Below are positions 38,148-51,094 of a stretch of DNA of 64,000 bases, piece after piece. Within the stretch, counting starts at the first letter, position 1. Each line of letters begins with the position of its first letter. Origin of the DNA: Octopus vulgaris (taxonomy: Eukaryota); assembly GCA_951406725.2 (NCBI GenBank), contig OX597824.1, forward strand, positions 34,534,001 to 34,598,000. The letters are read 5' to 3'. The position numbers and the translations under genes are program-made. The notes under the pieces were generated by a model. It was not told the DNA's origin, ran no database searches, and was given only the letters and a program-made list of their open reading frames with translations.

Positions 38148-41100
38148 TAGCTTAAAAGCTAGTATATAGCTTTTAAGCAACTGACCCTGAATGGGAAGAT
38201 CTGCAAACAGATCTCTGACTTGTTTTGGAGAATTTGTTGCAATTGCTTCCTCCAGAGTCATCCCAATGATGATCATATTCATTGCAAAAAATCATGTGAA
38301 AGAAATCGCTGAATACACTCGCAATAATGAAAACATAGGAATCCAAAATTTCAGGATTGCAGGTCAGGATTCGGCTCGGAATGTTTTTAATTTACTCATG
38401 GAGTCAGCCTGATTCCAAAATGGTAAGATCTGTTGCGCTACACCGCTAGGAGTAAAGTTGAAAAAGTGTGACACACTGACATTCACATTTATTATATTAT
38501 ATTAAGGTGGTGAGCTGGCAGAATCATTAGCACATGAGGCAAAATGCTTGGTGGTATTTTGTCTGCTGTTAGGTTTTGAGTTTAAATTCTGCCGAGGTCA
38601 ACTTTGCCTTTTATCCTTTCAGGGTCGATAAAATTAGTACCAGTTATGTACTGGAGTCAATGTAATCGACTTAATCCCTTCCCTCAAAATATGAAGCCTT
38701 GTGCTTCCAGTAGAAAGGATTTATTAAAGTTGAAATAGCGCGACACAATGACATTTACATCTATTATATAAAATCCGTTCTGTCTGTCTGTGTGTGTGTC
38801 TTCTAGGATCTCGGGCATCCTCCATCCGATTGCGCTCAAATTTGATATGTAGATACCAACAGTATCAGGGTGTATATAAGTCTTGAAAAAATTACAAAAA
38901 TCGATTCCAGGTGAAAATGCGATTGATAAAGCCGTGGGAACGTGCTTTTGTAAAATCGTTTTCTTGGAATAGAAAAAAAGTCTATCTTTATTTCTTCTTT
39001 TGTTGGTGTCTCAAATTTAGGTTAAATCAGTGTTTCTCAAAGGGGATGCCTTTGGGACGGTCAGGCAAGTTGTTTTGAGAAAATTTGGTTTAAATGTTTG
39101 ACAACTTAGCAACGTCCATTGGACGGGGGTGGAGGGTGTTGCTCGTTTATTATATTAGATATGTTTAATTTTGGGGAAACTTTATTTCAATTAAAGTGTA
39201 TTTTGTGTGTGTGTGTATTAAAGAAAGCAAAAAATAAGACAAAAATGATGGTGTTCAGTATGTTGATGACAGGAATTTGTTAGAGAGACATGGTTCAAAC
39301 AAGTTGCACATCATCTCTCTGTAGTGGAGGCGCAATGGCCCAGTGGTTAGGGCAGTGGACTCGCAGTCGTAGGATCGCAGTTTCGATTCCCAGACTGGGC
39401 GTTGTGAGTGTTTATTGAGCGAAAACACCTAAAGCTCCACGAGGCTCCGGCAGGGAATGTTGGTGATCCCTGCTGTACTCTTTCACCACAACTTTCTCTC
39501 ACTCTTACTTCCTGTTTCTGTTGTACCTGTATTTCAAAGGGCTGGCCTTGTCACTCTCTGTGTCACGCTGAATATCCCCGAGAACTACGTTAAGGGTACA
39601 CGTGTTTGTGGAGTGCTCAGCCACTTACACGTTAATTTCACGAGCAGGCTGTTCCGTTGATTCGGATCAACCGGAACCCTCGTCGTTGTAACCGACGGAG
39701 TGCTTCCACCACATCATCTCTCTCATTCTCTCACATACCCACTCTTTCATTATTACTCCCACTGCCACCATCAACACTATTACTTTTAATAAAACATCAT
39801 CAACTCTTCCTAAATTTCTTTGTCTCTCTCTCTTTCTCTCCTTTTCTTTTTCCTTCTCTCTGTCTTTGCCACCACCCTCACTGTCTCTATGCCTACTATT
39901 ACTCTCACCCCATCATGAGGGATAGTAGGAGTGTCATTGAATAGTGAGAGAGGGGGTCTAAGTGTGACACACTGACACACAGAAATTAGTTTTTGCATTT
40001 ATTGTACTAGATATATATATAATGATTTGAAACTAACATTTATTGAACCAATTTAACAATACTTTTGTTTCTTGAGGTTAAATTGATATTTTAAAATGTT
40101 ATTTCTAATTTTGTCTTTGACTTGTATTTTATTTTCTAGTTTTGAGTTCACCATGTACAGTGCCATCACCAACAAATGTGACTACAGCTAAGATGGGTTT
40201 AGCAACAAAACCTAAGAGCTCTTTTAAGTTAACCATATTACTTGCCATTATTGGTGCTATGATTGGTCTGCTACTTTTGATTCTTAGTTTCTACTGTTTC
40301 AAGCGTGAGTATACAATCTTTGTTCAGACTTATACACAAGCAGGATCACCAAGATTATCTGTATGATTACATAATCATAAGCAGATGAGTTAAATCTCAC
40401 ATATAGGACACCAGTCTATTTCAGGAAATATTTCTTGTAGATGTAGTTCCTATTTTATTACAAATTGAAAACCTAAGGCCATATTAATGTGGATTCAAAA
40501 TTTACAAATGTATTTCCTACTTAGCTCTTTCACCTTTGTAATATGTTGAAATGTGGATATTTTTATGAGCTATTCTTTTTATGTATATGTTTTGATGTAT
40601 GTTTGATGAAGGAAATTGTTAATACTGTTCATAAATAATAATCCATTAAATATTATTTAATAATCCATTAAATATTATTTAATAATCCATTAAAAATACT
40701 TGATTCCTAGTCTTGCAAGCCAAAACATTTCAAGCTGCTGGTTCACACATTGCAGAACATTGGTAAACTTCTTTTCTGCCTCACCCCTGGCTAAGTATAC
40801 CTGATTCCTAGCTTAACTTCTAGCTGCTTGATATAGTTCTTTGTAACTGCTACCTTTCCAATCCTTCTAAGCCTGTTTCTTTGCTCTGAAACAGGCTACA
40901 CTGTTCCACCACCACATCACCTTAGGCTTGTTTGGCACTTTGCACCAGCCACAAATTTGGTCTCTAGCTCTCAGCAAGTCATCCTGTAGGAACTTCCTGC
41001 TATCCTCTATATTACATGTCTGTAGTTCCTCCTCTTTCTCATTAAATGCTTCAGTTAGGGATCTCTAAATCTCTGACTATTCAAAGATCCTTAAGCTTCC

Positions 41101-44100
41101 ATATCTTTCTTTTCCAAACTGGCTTGCTTCTTGGGATCCTTTGCACCAGTAGCTTGAAGTCACTAATGAGTAACCTATGCTGTAAGGTACCTTCTTCTTT
41201 AGGAAAGGTCATTGCATTTTTGAGCAGCCATGAATCCCACTTTCTGGTGAGAATGTAGTCAATCTGGCTAGCATGGTCACCGGATTTGTAGGTTATCAGG
41301 TGACTGGCTGGCTTTCTGAAGTTGGTGTTGCAGATCATTAGGTCATTTGCTTCACCGAACTCCAGCAGCCTTGTTCCCTCCTCATTTCAGGAATCAATTC
41401 CATGGCACCCATTCACCCTTTAGAAGACATCAGAGTACTGCCCAACATGTCTATTGAAATCACCAGCCACTGTGTATAGATACACAGATAAGGTCACTGT
41501 CATTTATCTTCGGAGACAAAAGAGTGTCATAAAAGCAATCCTTTTGTTCATTTGGCAAACCTGGCTGAGGGGTTTAGGCCATGATGATTGTTGCTCTGCA
41601 AAACTAGTCTAAGCATTAATATCCTATTACATACTCGGACTACTTCAGTCACCTTATTTACCCATTTCTCTGCTAGAAGTATGCCAATATTTCCTACCCC
41701 ATTGCGGTTGTCCTCCCAGAAGAATTTATACCTATGCCTTTTGCCAGTGAGAAACCTGGCTGAAGCTCTTCTCCACTGAACTACTTGGATGCAACACACA
41801 TCAACACATCTCCTTTCAAGCATCTTAACAATTTCACTAGACCTATCTATCAATGTGCCTACATTGACAGTGACAACTCTGAGGGAATGTACAGGGAGGG
41901 ATAACGCTAACCATTCCGAGAGTGTAGTGGGTGCTTTTTTCGTGCCACTGGCATGGGGGCCAGTCAGGCGGTACTGGCAATGACCTCGCTCGAATGTTTT
42001 TACACGTGCCACCAGCACAGATGCCAGTGAAGTGACATTGGTAATGATCATGCTCGAATGGTGCCTCATTTAATTAGTAGAGAACACCAATTGCCACAAT
42101 CTCAAATGATTGCAAGTAGCAGCAGAGCAGAGATATTCTCCATCAAGAAAATGTCTATACTAATCTGAAGTTGAAGAAAATTCTGAGATTAATTTTTACC
42201 ATTCCTAAGTCATCTTACAACAGTTGTATATAGCAAATTATTATATTCATCTTCTCTTTCTTCATAAAAAATTGTTTGGAACTAGCAAGAGTTAAGTGAA
42301 TGCAGTCAAATGAAATGTAAATATATTCAGAAAAAAATAGAGTTATTCAAGAATATCAGTTAATATCAAAGGAAGCAATGTGCTGATTAAACAATAAATC
42401 ACAAAATTTCTAGTGGTTTTTCTCTGGCTTTTGATGAACCATTTTATGTGTCCTATATATATATACACATTTAGTGATATGCATTTTCATATGGCTTTGT
42501 TCTAAAATAAATTAAGACAAAAAAATTGCTATCTAAAGGGAATTTTATTTATCATTTTAGGATGTCATTCAGCCATAGAAACCATGCCAAAACTGATATT
42601 GAATTACAATGCAGTCTTTAGACACATTGGATCTTTTTAAACCATCAAACTCATGTCTGCATGGGACACAGACATTAAATGATGATGATGATGATTTTTA
42701 GTCAATCTATAAATGTAATCCCATAATTTGAAACCAGTTTGACAAGTTCCAATGTACAAAACCCTCAGCCTTTGAGTCACTCTGTAACTTCTGTTGATTA
42801 ATAACACACACACACATGCATGTGCATAGTTTTCTGAGGAGATTGTATTGGTCAGAAAGAAAATACATTCAATATAAAATAATAAAGTAGATATAATTTT
42901 CTTACAATATTATAAGTAAAGAACTGTGTTTGGCCAAGCAAGTTTGCAGGACACTTTCATGTGAAATTCTACTTTTCTAAACATAAATCATGATTAAACA
43001 GTTGACTGGATTAGTTGACTGGAAAAAGTAAAAACAGCTCTTTTGTTTTGAAGGTACAAATATTAACATCCAGTCAGTTCGAAGGTAAAAAGTAAAAACA
43101 AATTGCTTGGCTTCAACAAAAGCCAGAAGGAAAAATGAAATTACAATTATGCTAAAACAGAAAAATTATATATGTATATACATACACAGATAATATGATT
43201 TTGCTTAAGCATAGCAATACTAATAAACAATAGTTTGAACTTAATATACATATGCATTAGAACATGTATAGAATAAAATAATTGATGATAACAAGGGAGC
43301 AGGAGTCATATAATCCACCCACATTTCTCTACCACATCTTGATTTTCCTCTGATACACCACCTTGCAATCCAGAAGTCCCCATACCTTTGGTTCTCACAG
43401 TGTAGAACATTGACAGACCTCTTCTTCTCGGCTTCTTCCTCAGCTAAATAGACTGGTCTCCTTGCTTCTTTTGTAGCTACCTGGTAAAGTTCTCTGTAGC
43501 TACCAATCTTTCACATCTTCCAAGCCAGCCTCTTCAATTTTTTTTGTTCTATCTACTTCCCTCTTCCACCACCATATCATCTTTGGCGACTGGAAATTTT
43601 CACCAGCCATAAATATGGTCTATAGCCTCAATAGATTGTCTTGTAAGGACTTCCAATTGTCCTCTATGTCATACATCTCTCTCCCTCCTTTTCATTAAAT
43701 GCTTTAATTAGTACATCTCTAATTATCTGATTGTTTGTAGGGTTCCTAAACTTCCAAGTTTTCCTTTTCCAGATTAGTTTGTACCTCTTAGACTTAAGTC
43801 TGAATCATTTACTACTAACCTATGTTGGGAAATATTTTCTTCATTAGGAAAAGATTTTGCAATCACAAGCATCCCTCTATTCTATTTTCTGTTGAGAATG
43901 TAGTCAATCTTGGCTCTTGTGCCTGCTAGATTCATCAGTAACCAAGTGGCTGGTTATATATATATATAAAATGAGAAGTCATACAGAATCATGTCCCTTG
44001 GTTTCACTTGAACAGTATCATAGCATAGTCAAATGTATTCTAACTTATAGCTGTGTACACCCATGTATATGAGATAGAGAGAGGTGGAAAGAGGTACTAT

Positions 44101-47100
44101 GTTGTTGCTAGTTTAACTAACGATGGTAGTAGATCTCTCCTATTCACTCTACCATGCTACCTTTGTAATTTGAAATGGCTTTAGGCTTGTCTCACCCATT
44201 TCTCAATCACATATTCTTTCTCCTCTTTGCCATAATGTAGGATGCCTTAGGCCATATATTGGTCCAATAATTTTTACCACTATCCTTATTCCTCTACTAC
44301 TAGGCCAAAGTATAAGGAATTGCTTTAGATCTGTTTGTATACAATACACCCCACTCCATCACTGAGTCTTTATCATTGTCCGCCTCTGTTACTATCTTCA
44401 CTACTCACTCTCCTTTCTTCTACCACCTCTCTCCCCTCTCACTTTCTCCATCTACCCACCCAGACCCTTCTTTTGTTATTAATCATTATCTTTGTTGGTG
44501 TAGGCCAGTAGTTCCCAACCACTTTTGAACTATGGACCTCTTTGATTCCTATTTTACCCAGGAGGACCCCAACAGCTTTTCAATGTTTAAAAAAATCCTC
44601 TTATATTTTTATGATTAAATATTATTAGGGATTTTATTAAATATTTTGTGTATTGTAGAAGTATAATTAATTTATTGCACATAAATTTTAACAACAAAAT
44701 CTTGTATGGACCCCCACCAAGAGTCATGTGGACCCTGGCTGAGAGTCACTTGTCTAGGCTCTAAAGGAAAGAACACATCATAGTGTAGTGAAAATGAAAA
44801 TGTTTTTAGCTCTATAAGGTACTGGGCAACCTCATTAATCCTGGAACCACAATAAAATGCACTCGGCACACTCTGTAAAGAGGGTGGCAAATGAGTGAAG
44901 ATAGTGTAGAGGATTGAAGGGTCTGTATAGTTTTGCAGAAGATATGACAGTTTCTTTTATTCCAGGGCCATAATTATGTGCACCCCATACATTCTGCAAA
45001 CTGGTTGGTGATAGGAAGGACACCCAGTTATAGAAACACAAGCCAAAGACGAAATATACAAGCAAGACATGGTCTTTGACTCATCTAGGAGAGTAGTGAC
45101 TCTGAAGATAAACTGATGCAGTTTGTATCTTGTTTAGCCTGTGCTAGCATGTAAAATAAATTATTTCATCTAGTTTCAGCTCACAAGCTGTGGCCATGCT
45201 GGGGCACCGCCATTTGTAAAGTAACTATGATCATATTCATGTGTGTATGTATATATATACATAGGCGTAGGAGTGGTTGTATGTTAAGTAGCTTGCTAAC
45301 GAACCTCATGGTTCCGGGTTCAGTCCCAATGTGTGGCACCTTGGGCAAGTGTCTTCTACCATAGCCTCGGACCGACCGAAGCCTTCTGAGTGGATTTGGT
45401 ACACGGAAACTGAAAGAAGCCCGTCGTATATATGTATATTTCTATGTATGTGTGTGTATATGTTTGTGTGTCTGTGTTTGTACCCCCAACATCTCTTGAC
45501 AACCGATGCTGGTGTGTTTACGTCCCCTTAACTTAGTGGTTCGGCAGAAGAGACCAATAGGATAAGTACTAGGCTTACAAAGAATATGTCCTGGGGTCGA
45601 TTTCCTCGACTAAAGGTAGTGCTCCAGCATGGCCACAGTCAAATGACTGAAACAAGTAAAAGAGTATACATATGAATGTATGTATCTATTTATATGTACA
45701 TGTAAAAATCATACAAATAACACAAGTAAAATCTGACACAAAGGGAAACCAAATAAACAAAAATACCAAGTGGTTGCAGATAGGTCTTAGTAAAGATAAA
45801 TGTATAGAGAGACAGGATGGTAAAAGACATTGAGAGACTATGTAAGGCAAAGGTGGAAAATGATAGAGATAAGATTTTTGAATAAGTCATCATGTAGTGG
45901 AAGATAAGTGATATGAAAGCAATGGCAACACCTATTATGGTCCATTTTCAATTTGCTGACAGTCTATAAACACAGGTGAGCTAACACCAGCATTAGATGT
46001 CAGCTTTGTTTAAAGAAAGAAGATAGCAATACTATGTCAAAATGAAAGTTAGCACAACAACATGAACAATTTGCTCTGCATTTGTTTACATGAACAGGAG
46101 TATTATTTCCTCAGAGACTCTAAGCCACCAAATTCAATCTAATTAACAAACATGATACAACTTAGGTAGTTTTCCTATTGTTCCATCACTTTTTTCTCCC
46201 TCACTATTTTTATATGTCTTCTCTTAGTTACTATAGCATCTCAACAATCCCCCTCACTATCCATTACTATCACAGTCCTACTTGCATATAAATTTTTACT
46301 CCCCCCCCCCCCTTCATCGCCACTCTTTTCTCCATCTCTCAGTAGTGTAATCTTTTCAGTAAACTATGTATATTTTTAAACATTTTCTCAAGCAAATATA
46401 TTGCTATAACTTTGATAGCTTTATCCCCATTTCTATACAATCTGTTGTCAATAATACCAATCCCCATATAACCCAAATCCTCATCAATAAAATTCTCCCC
46501 ATATATTTTCCAATTGGTTTTAGAAAAATTTGCTATAAACATTTTTGACATAGAAAAATTCACTGTAAAAAAAATAAACAAATTGTAAAATGACTAAAAT
46601 TAGCTGTTTTCTTAAAATGGCAACATCCACTAACTTTTCAATTAGAGAAAAACATTTTCTTTAAAATGAGTTATCAGGTTTACAATCTGCTTATGTACAG
46701 TGAAATTTCCTAAAATTTTCCCACAATAAAAATAATTACAGTGAATTTTGCCAACACATTTTCTATGCCACCGGTTTGACATCTATTTCTTCCTTCTCTC
46801 TAATATCATTGTTTAGATATTTATACCTCAAAGCCTTCTTTGTCCCCATGTCTGTGTGTGCACATGTATGTGACTCCAAAACCAGTACATGGGAGGGGAG
46901 GGAGGTTTTTTTCTTTGATTGCTACTATTTTTTACTTATACATTCACAATGTTTTTGTAATAACATTTTTCAACTTTCCAGTTTCTTATGAAACCCTGAA
47001 TAGCTGTATTTAACAAGATTGATAGTTTTTACCTTAATAGTCATCACTCTCTTAGCTGATCAGTTTAAGCTTTACCACATAATATATCATTATAGCTATA

Positions 47101-50100
47101 CTTTTATAGGCACAGGCATGGCTGTGTGGTCAAGAAGTTTGCTTCCCAACCATGTTTCCAGGTTCAACTCCACTGTGTGGTAGCTTGGGCAAGTGCCTTC
47201 TATAATAGCACCCCAGGCTGACCAAAGCCTTGTGAGTGGATTTGGTAAATGGAAACTGAGTGAAACCTGTTACACACACACACACATGTGTGCAAATGCC
47301 ACCTTGCCTTGACATATTATTGTTGTAAGCAAGTATCACCATAATATAAGGAGTGTCCTTCATTTCCAATCTTCAAAGACATGTCTGATCATAATGAATT
47401 ATCTCCAAGCAAGGGTTTGTGACAGGAAGGGCATCCAGCTGTATAAAATCTGCCTTGACAAATTCCATCCAAGTGTATGATGTTAAAACAATGATGACCC
47501 CCACCTCTTTAAGAGTTCACATTTCCACAATCCTGTCTCCTGGATCCTCCATTTATGAACTTTTAACAACATCACCTTGGCATTTCGTTCTTCTTTTCCA
47601 TTCTATACATCTACATGTCCCTGTGGTGTATGTGTGCTTCAATTAATACATAGTAAAGCAATTGTGATTAAGCACATTCATATTGCTTTTCGAATGATGG
47701 TCGTAAATACTCATAATGCTACACTTTTACACCCTTACAATGAGAGTTCATATTATAATAATAATAATAATAATGAAATTATTGTATACAGTGTTCAGGT
47801 GCACCACAACTTGTCAGAAAGTGTGTATAAGGTGTATGCAGTAATGTAAAAATGTCTGGAAAGCGAACAATGTAGGAGTCAGATACATGCTTGCATGTGT
47901 ATGGAGGGGAGGAAATCAGGTGTAGTGTTGGCGAATCTCAGAAAGCATGGAAGTTTTGAAGGATACAGTGCTCCGACAACTAACAACCGATGCTGACAGT
48001 TTGTTCCATACTTTAGTAACTCTTAGCGTGAAAAAATGTTTCTGAAAGTCATGGGAGCTGTGCTGTTTTCTGAATTTGTAAATGTGTCCACGGGTGTTAG
48101 ACGGGTGGAGTTTGAAAAGGTGCTCAGAGTTATTGTTCGTAAGATGGTTGATAATTTTATGGGTGTCTGCCAAATCAGCTGCCAGACGTCGGAATTTCAA
48201 TGTATCCATGCCCAGTGAAGTAAGGCGTTCAGAATATGGCAAATGCCTGATGGAGGGTATTCTTTTGGTTGCACGTCGCTGAACGGCTTCCAGATTACAG
48301 CAACCTTACTACTTAGACCCCTAAATTACACATTTTTGATGTCATCTTCTTGCTGTTTTACCTCATTTATTTTATTCCATCTGTCTGGCCCCCGTGTCGG
48401 TGGCACGTAAAAGCACCATCCGTTCGTGTTCGTTGCCAGCCTCGCCTGGCCCTGTGCCGGTGACACGTAAAAGCACCGTCCGTTCGTGGCCGTTTGCCAG
48501 CTCCGTCTGGCCCCGTGTCGGTGGCACATAAAAGCACCGTCCGTTCGTGTCCGTTGCCAGCTTCGGCTGGCCCCCGTGCCGGTGACACGTAAAAGCACCG
48601 TCCGTTCGTGGCCGTTTGCCAGCTCTGTCTGGCCCCGTGTCCGTGGCACGTAAAAGCACCATCCGTTCGTGTTCGTTGCCAGCCTCGGCTGGCCCCCGTG
48701 CAGGTGACACGTAAAAGCACCGTCCGTTCGTGGCCGTTTGCCAGCTCAGTCTGGCCCCGTGTCGGTGGCACGTAAAAGCACCATCCGTTCGTGTTCGTTG
48801 CCAGCCTCGGCTGGCCCCCGTGCAGGTGACACGTAAAAGCACCGTCCGTTCGTGGCCGTTTGCCAGCTCAGTCTGGCCCCGTGTCGGTGGCACGTAAAAG
48901 CACCATCCGTTCGTGTTCGTAGCCAGCCTCGGCTGGCCCTGTGCAGGTGACATGTAAAAGCACCGTCCGTTCGTGCCATTTGCCAGCTCTGTCTGGCCCG
49001 TGTCCCGTGCACCATCCGTTCGTGTCCGTTGCCAGCGCCCCGTGACACGTAAAAACACCATCCGTTTGTGGCCGTTCGCCAGCTCTGTCTGGCACCTGTG
49101 CAGGTGGCACGTAAAAAACACCCACTACACTCGCGGAGTGGTTGGCGTTAGGAAGGGCATCCAGCCGTAGAAACACTGCCAATCTGACTGGGCCTGATGA
49201 AGCCTTCCGGCTTCACAGACCCCAGTTAAACCGTCCAACCCATGCTAGCATGGAAAACGGACGCTAAATGATGATGATGATGATGATGATGATATATCTG
49301 TCCACCCCTTTATTGTTCACTTGTCTACTGGATCCATACTATTGCTCCTCACTCCAATGCATCATTGGTCACACACACCCTCCACTCAACCTTACCAAAT
49401 TTCTACATTTACCACCTATTCTTCCTTATCTCTCTTACTCATCATATACCCAACACTTGTTCTTCATTCATTATATTCACCCCCAATCCATTCCCCATCT
49501 CTCATTCTTCCATAATATCTTACAACCTCTACTCATTCACACTCCTATTTCCTTTGTCCCTACTTTCTTTAACTCACCTTGTACTTCAAGGGTCCATCCA
49601 GACATCTCACCACTACTTTTTATCTCTTCCCAGCCTCATCCTGATCACCCCTATCCTCTCTTCTAAAATATAAATAGCTATGTAGCCTCACCACTGCAAG
49701 AAATATGCTCTGCTCTGGCTCTCTTATTTTAACCTTTCATTTCCTAGCTTAAGGTTGCCTCTCTTGGGGTTCATAGTCTTGCAAGTTGGTACCATGAATA
49801 ATGCATAAAAAAATCCTAACAAAATTTAGCAATCCTGTGAATGGGTAATACATGTCACAGAATCCAGGAAACCAGGTTTATGATCTTATGGCTTGGGAAG
49901 GACTTTTGATCTCTTTTTGATGCATGTACATAAATACATACATACGTATATGCTAACCTTGTATATATGGCTATGCGAAGGTACATGGCTTAGTGGTTAG
50001 GCTATTTGGCTCATGGTCATAAGGTCATGAGTTCAATTCCTAGCAATGCATCGTGTCCTTGAGCAAGACACTTTATTTCATGTTGCTCCAGTCCACTCAG

Positions 50101-51058
50101 CTGGCAAAAATGAGTAGTGCCTGTATTTCGAAAGGGCCAGCCTTGTCACACTCTGTCACACTGAATCTCCCAGACAACTATGTTAAGGGTACATGTGTCT
50201 GTAGAGTGCTCAGCCACTTACACATTAATTTCATGAACATTGATTGGATTAACTGTTCCATTGATTGGATTAACTGGAACCCTTGTTGTAACTGACAGAG
50301 TGCCAGTTTTTATATATGGCTCCATCCATCCATCCATCAGGTCATTAAGAATGAAATGTCCGATTTTCTAATGCACCAAGTTTGACAGTCATTAACTCTA
50401 ATGTTTTATCCTGACAATTCTTTGTTTTACAACATTGAAAAGTTACATCATCATTTTTTGAAATGTAGTTCATGGTGTCTGATTATATTACTCTTACTCT
50501 TTTACTTGTTTCAGTCATTTGACTGTGGCCATGCTGGAACACTGCCTTCAGTCGAGCAAATCGACCCCAGGACTTATTCTTTGTAAGCCTAGTACTTATT
50601 CTATCGGTCTCTTTTGCCGAACCGCTAAGTTACAGGGACGTAAACACACCAGCATCGGTTGTCAAACGATGTTAGGGGGACAAACACAGACACACACATA
50701 TATATATATACATATATATGATGGGCTTCTTTCAGTTTCCGTGTACCAAATCCACTCACAAGGCTTTGGTCAGCCCGAGGCTATAGCAGAAGACACTTGC
50801 CCAAGGTGCCACGCAGTGGGACTGAACCTGGAACCATGTGGCTGGTAAGCACGCTACTTATCACACAGCCACTCCTACGCCTATTGTGAGTTTTTTCTGG
50901 TAAATCAATTTTTGTGATCAAAAATTTGTTTCCCAACCATGTGGCCTCAAGTTCAGTTTCACTGAGTGGCAACTTGAGCAAGTGTCTTCTACTATAGCAG
51001 CAGGCCAATCAAAACGTTGGGAGTGGATTTAGTAGATAAAAACTCAAAGAAGCTTGTC

Positions 51059-51094
<36 letters not shown>

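Noticed and set aside
39326-39400. tRNA gene (also 13204-13270, 49980-50045)
   Set aside because: A/B boxes are present but there is no complete cloverleaf; each is the head of a repeat element.
40637-40694. 22-bp tandem repeat (aataatccattaaatattattt) x2.6
   Set aside because: Ordinary local slippage duplication with no further structure.
48372-49121. 249-aa repetitive ORF and CRISPR-like periodicity
   Set aside because: Tandem minisatellite inside a SINE: no unique spacers, no cas genes, and open frames arise from a stop-poor GC-rich unit.
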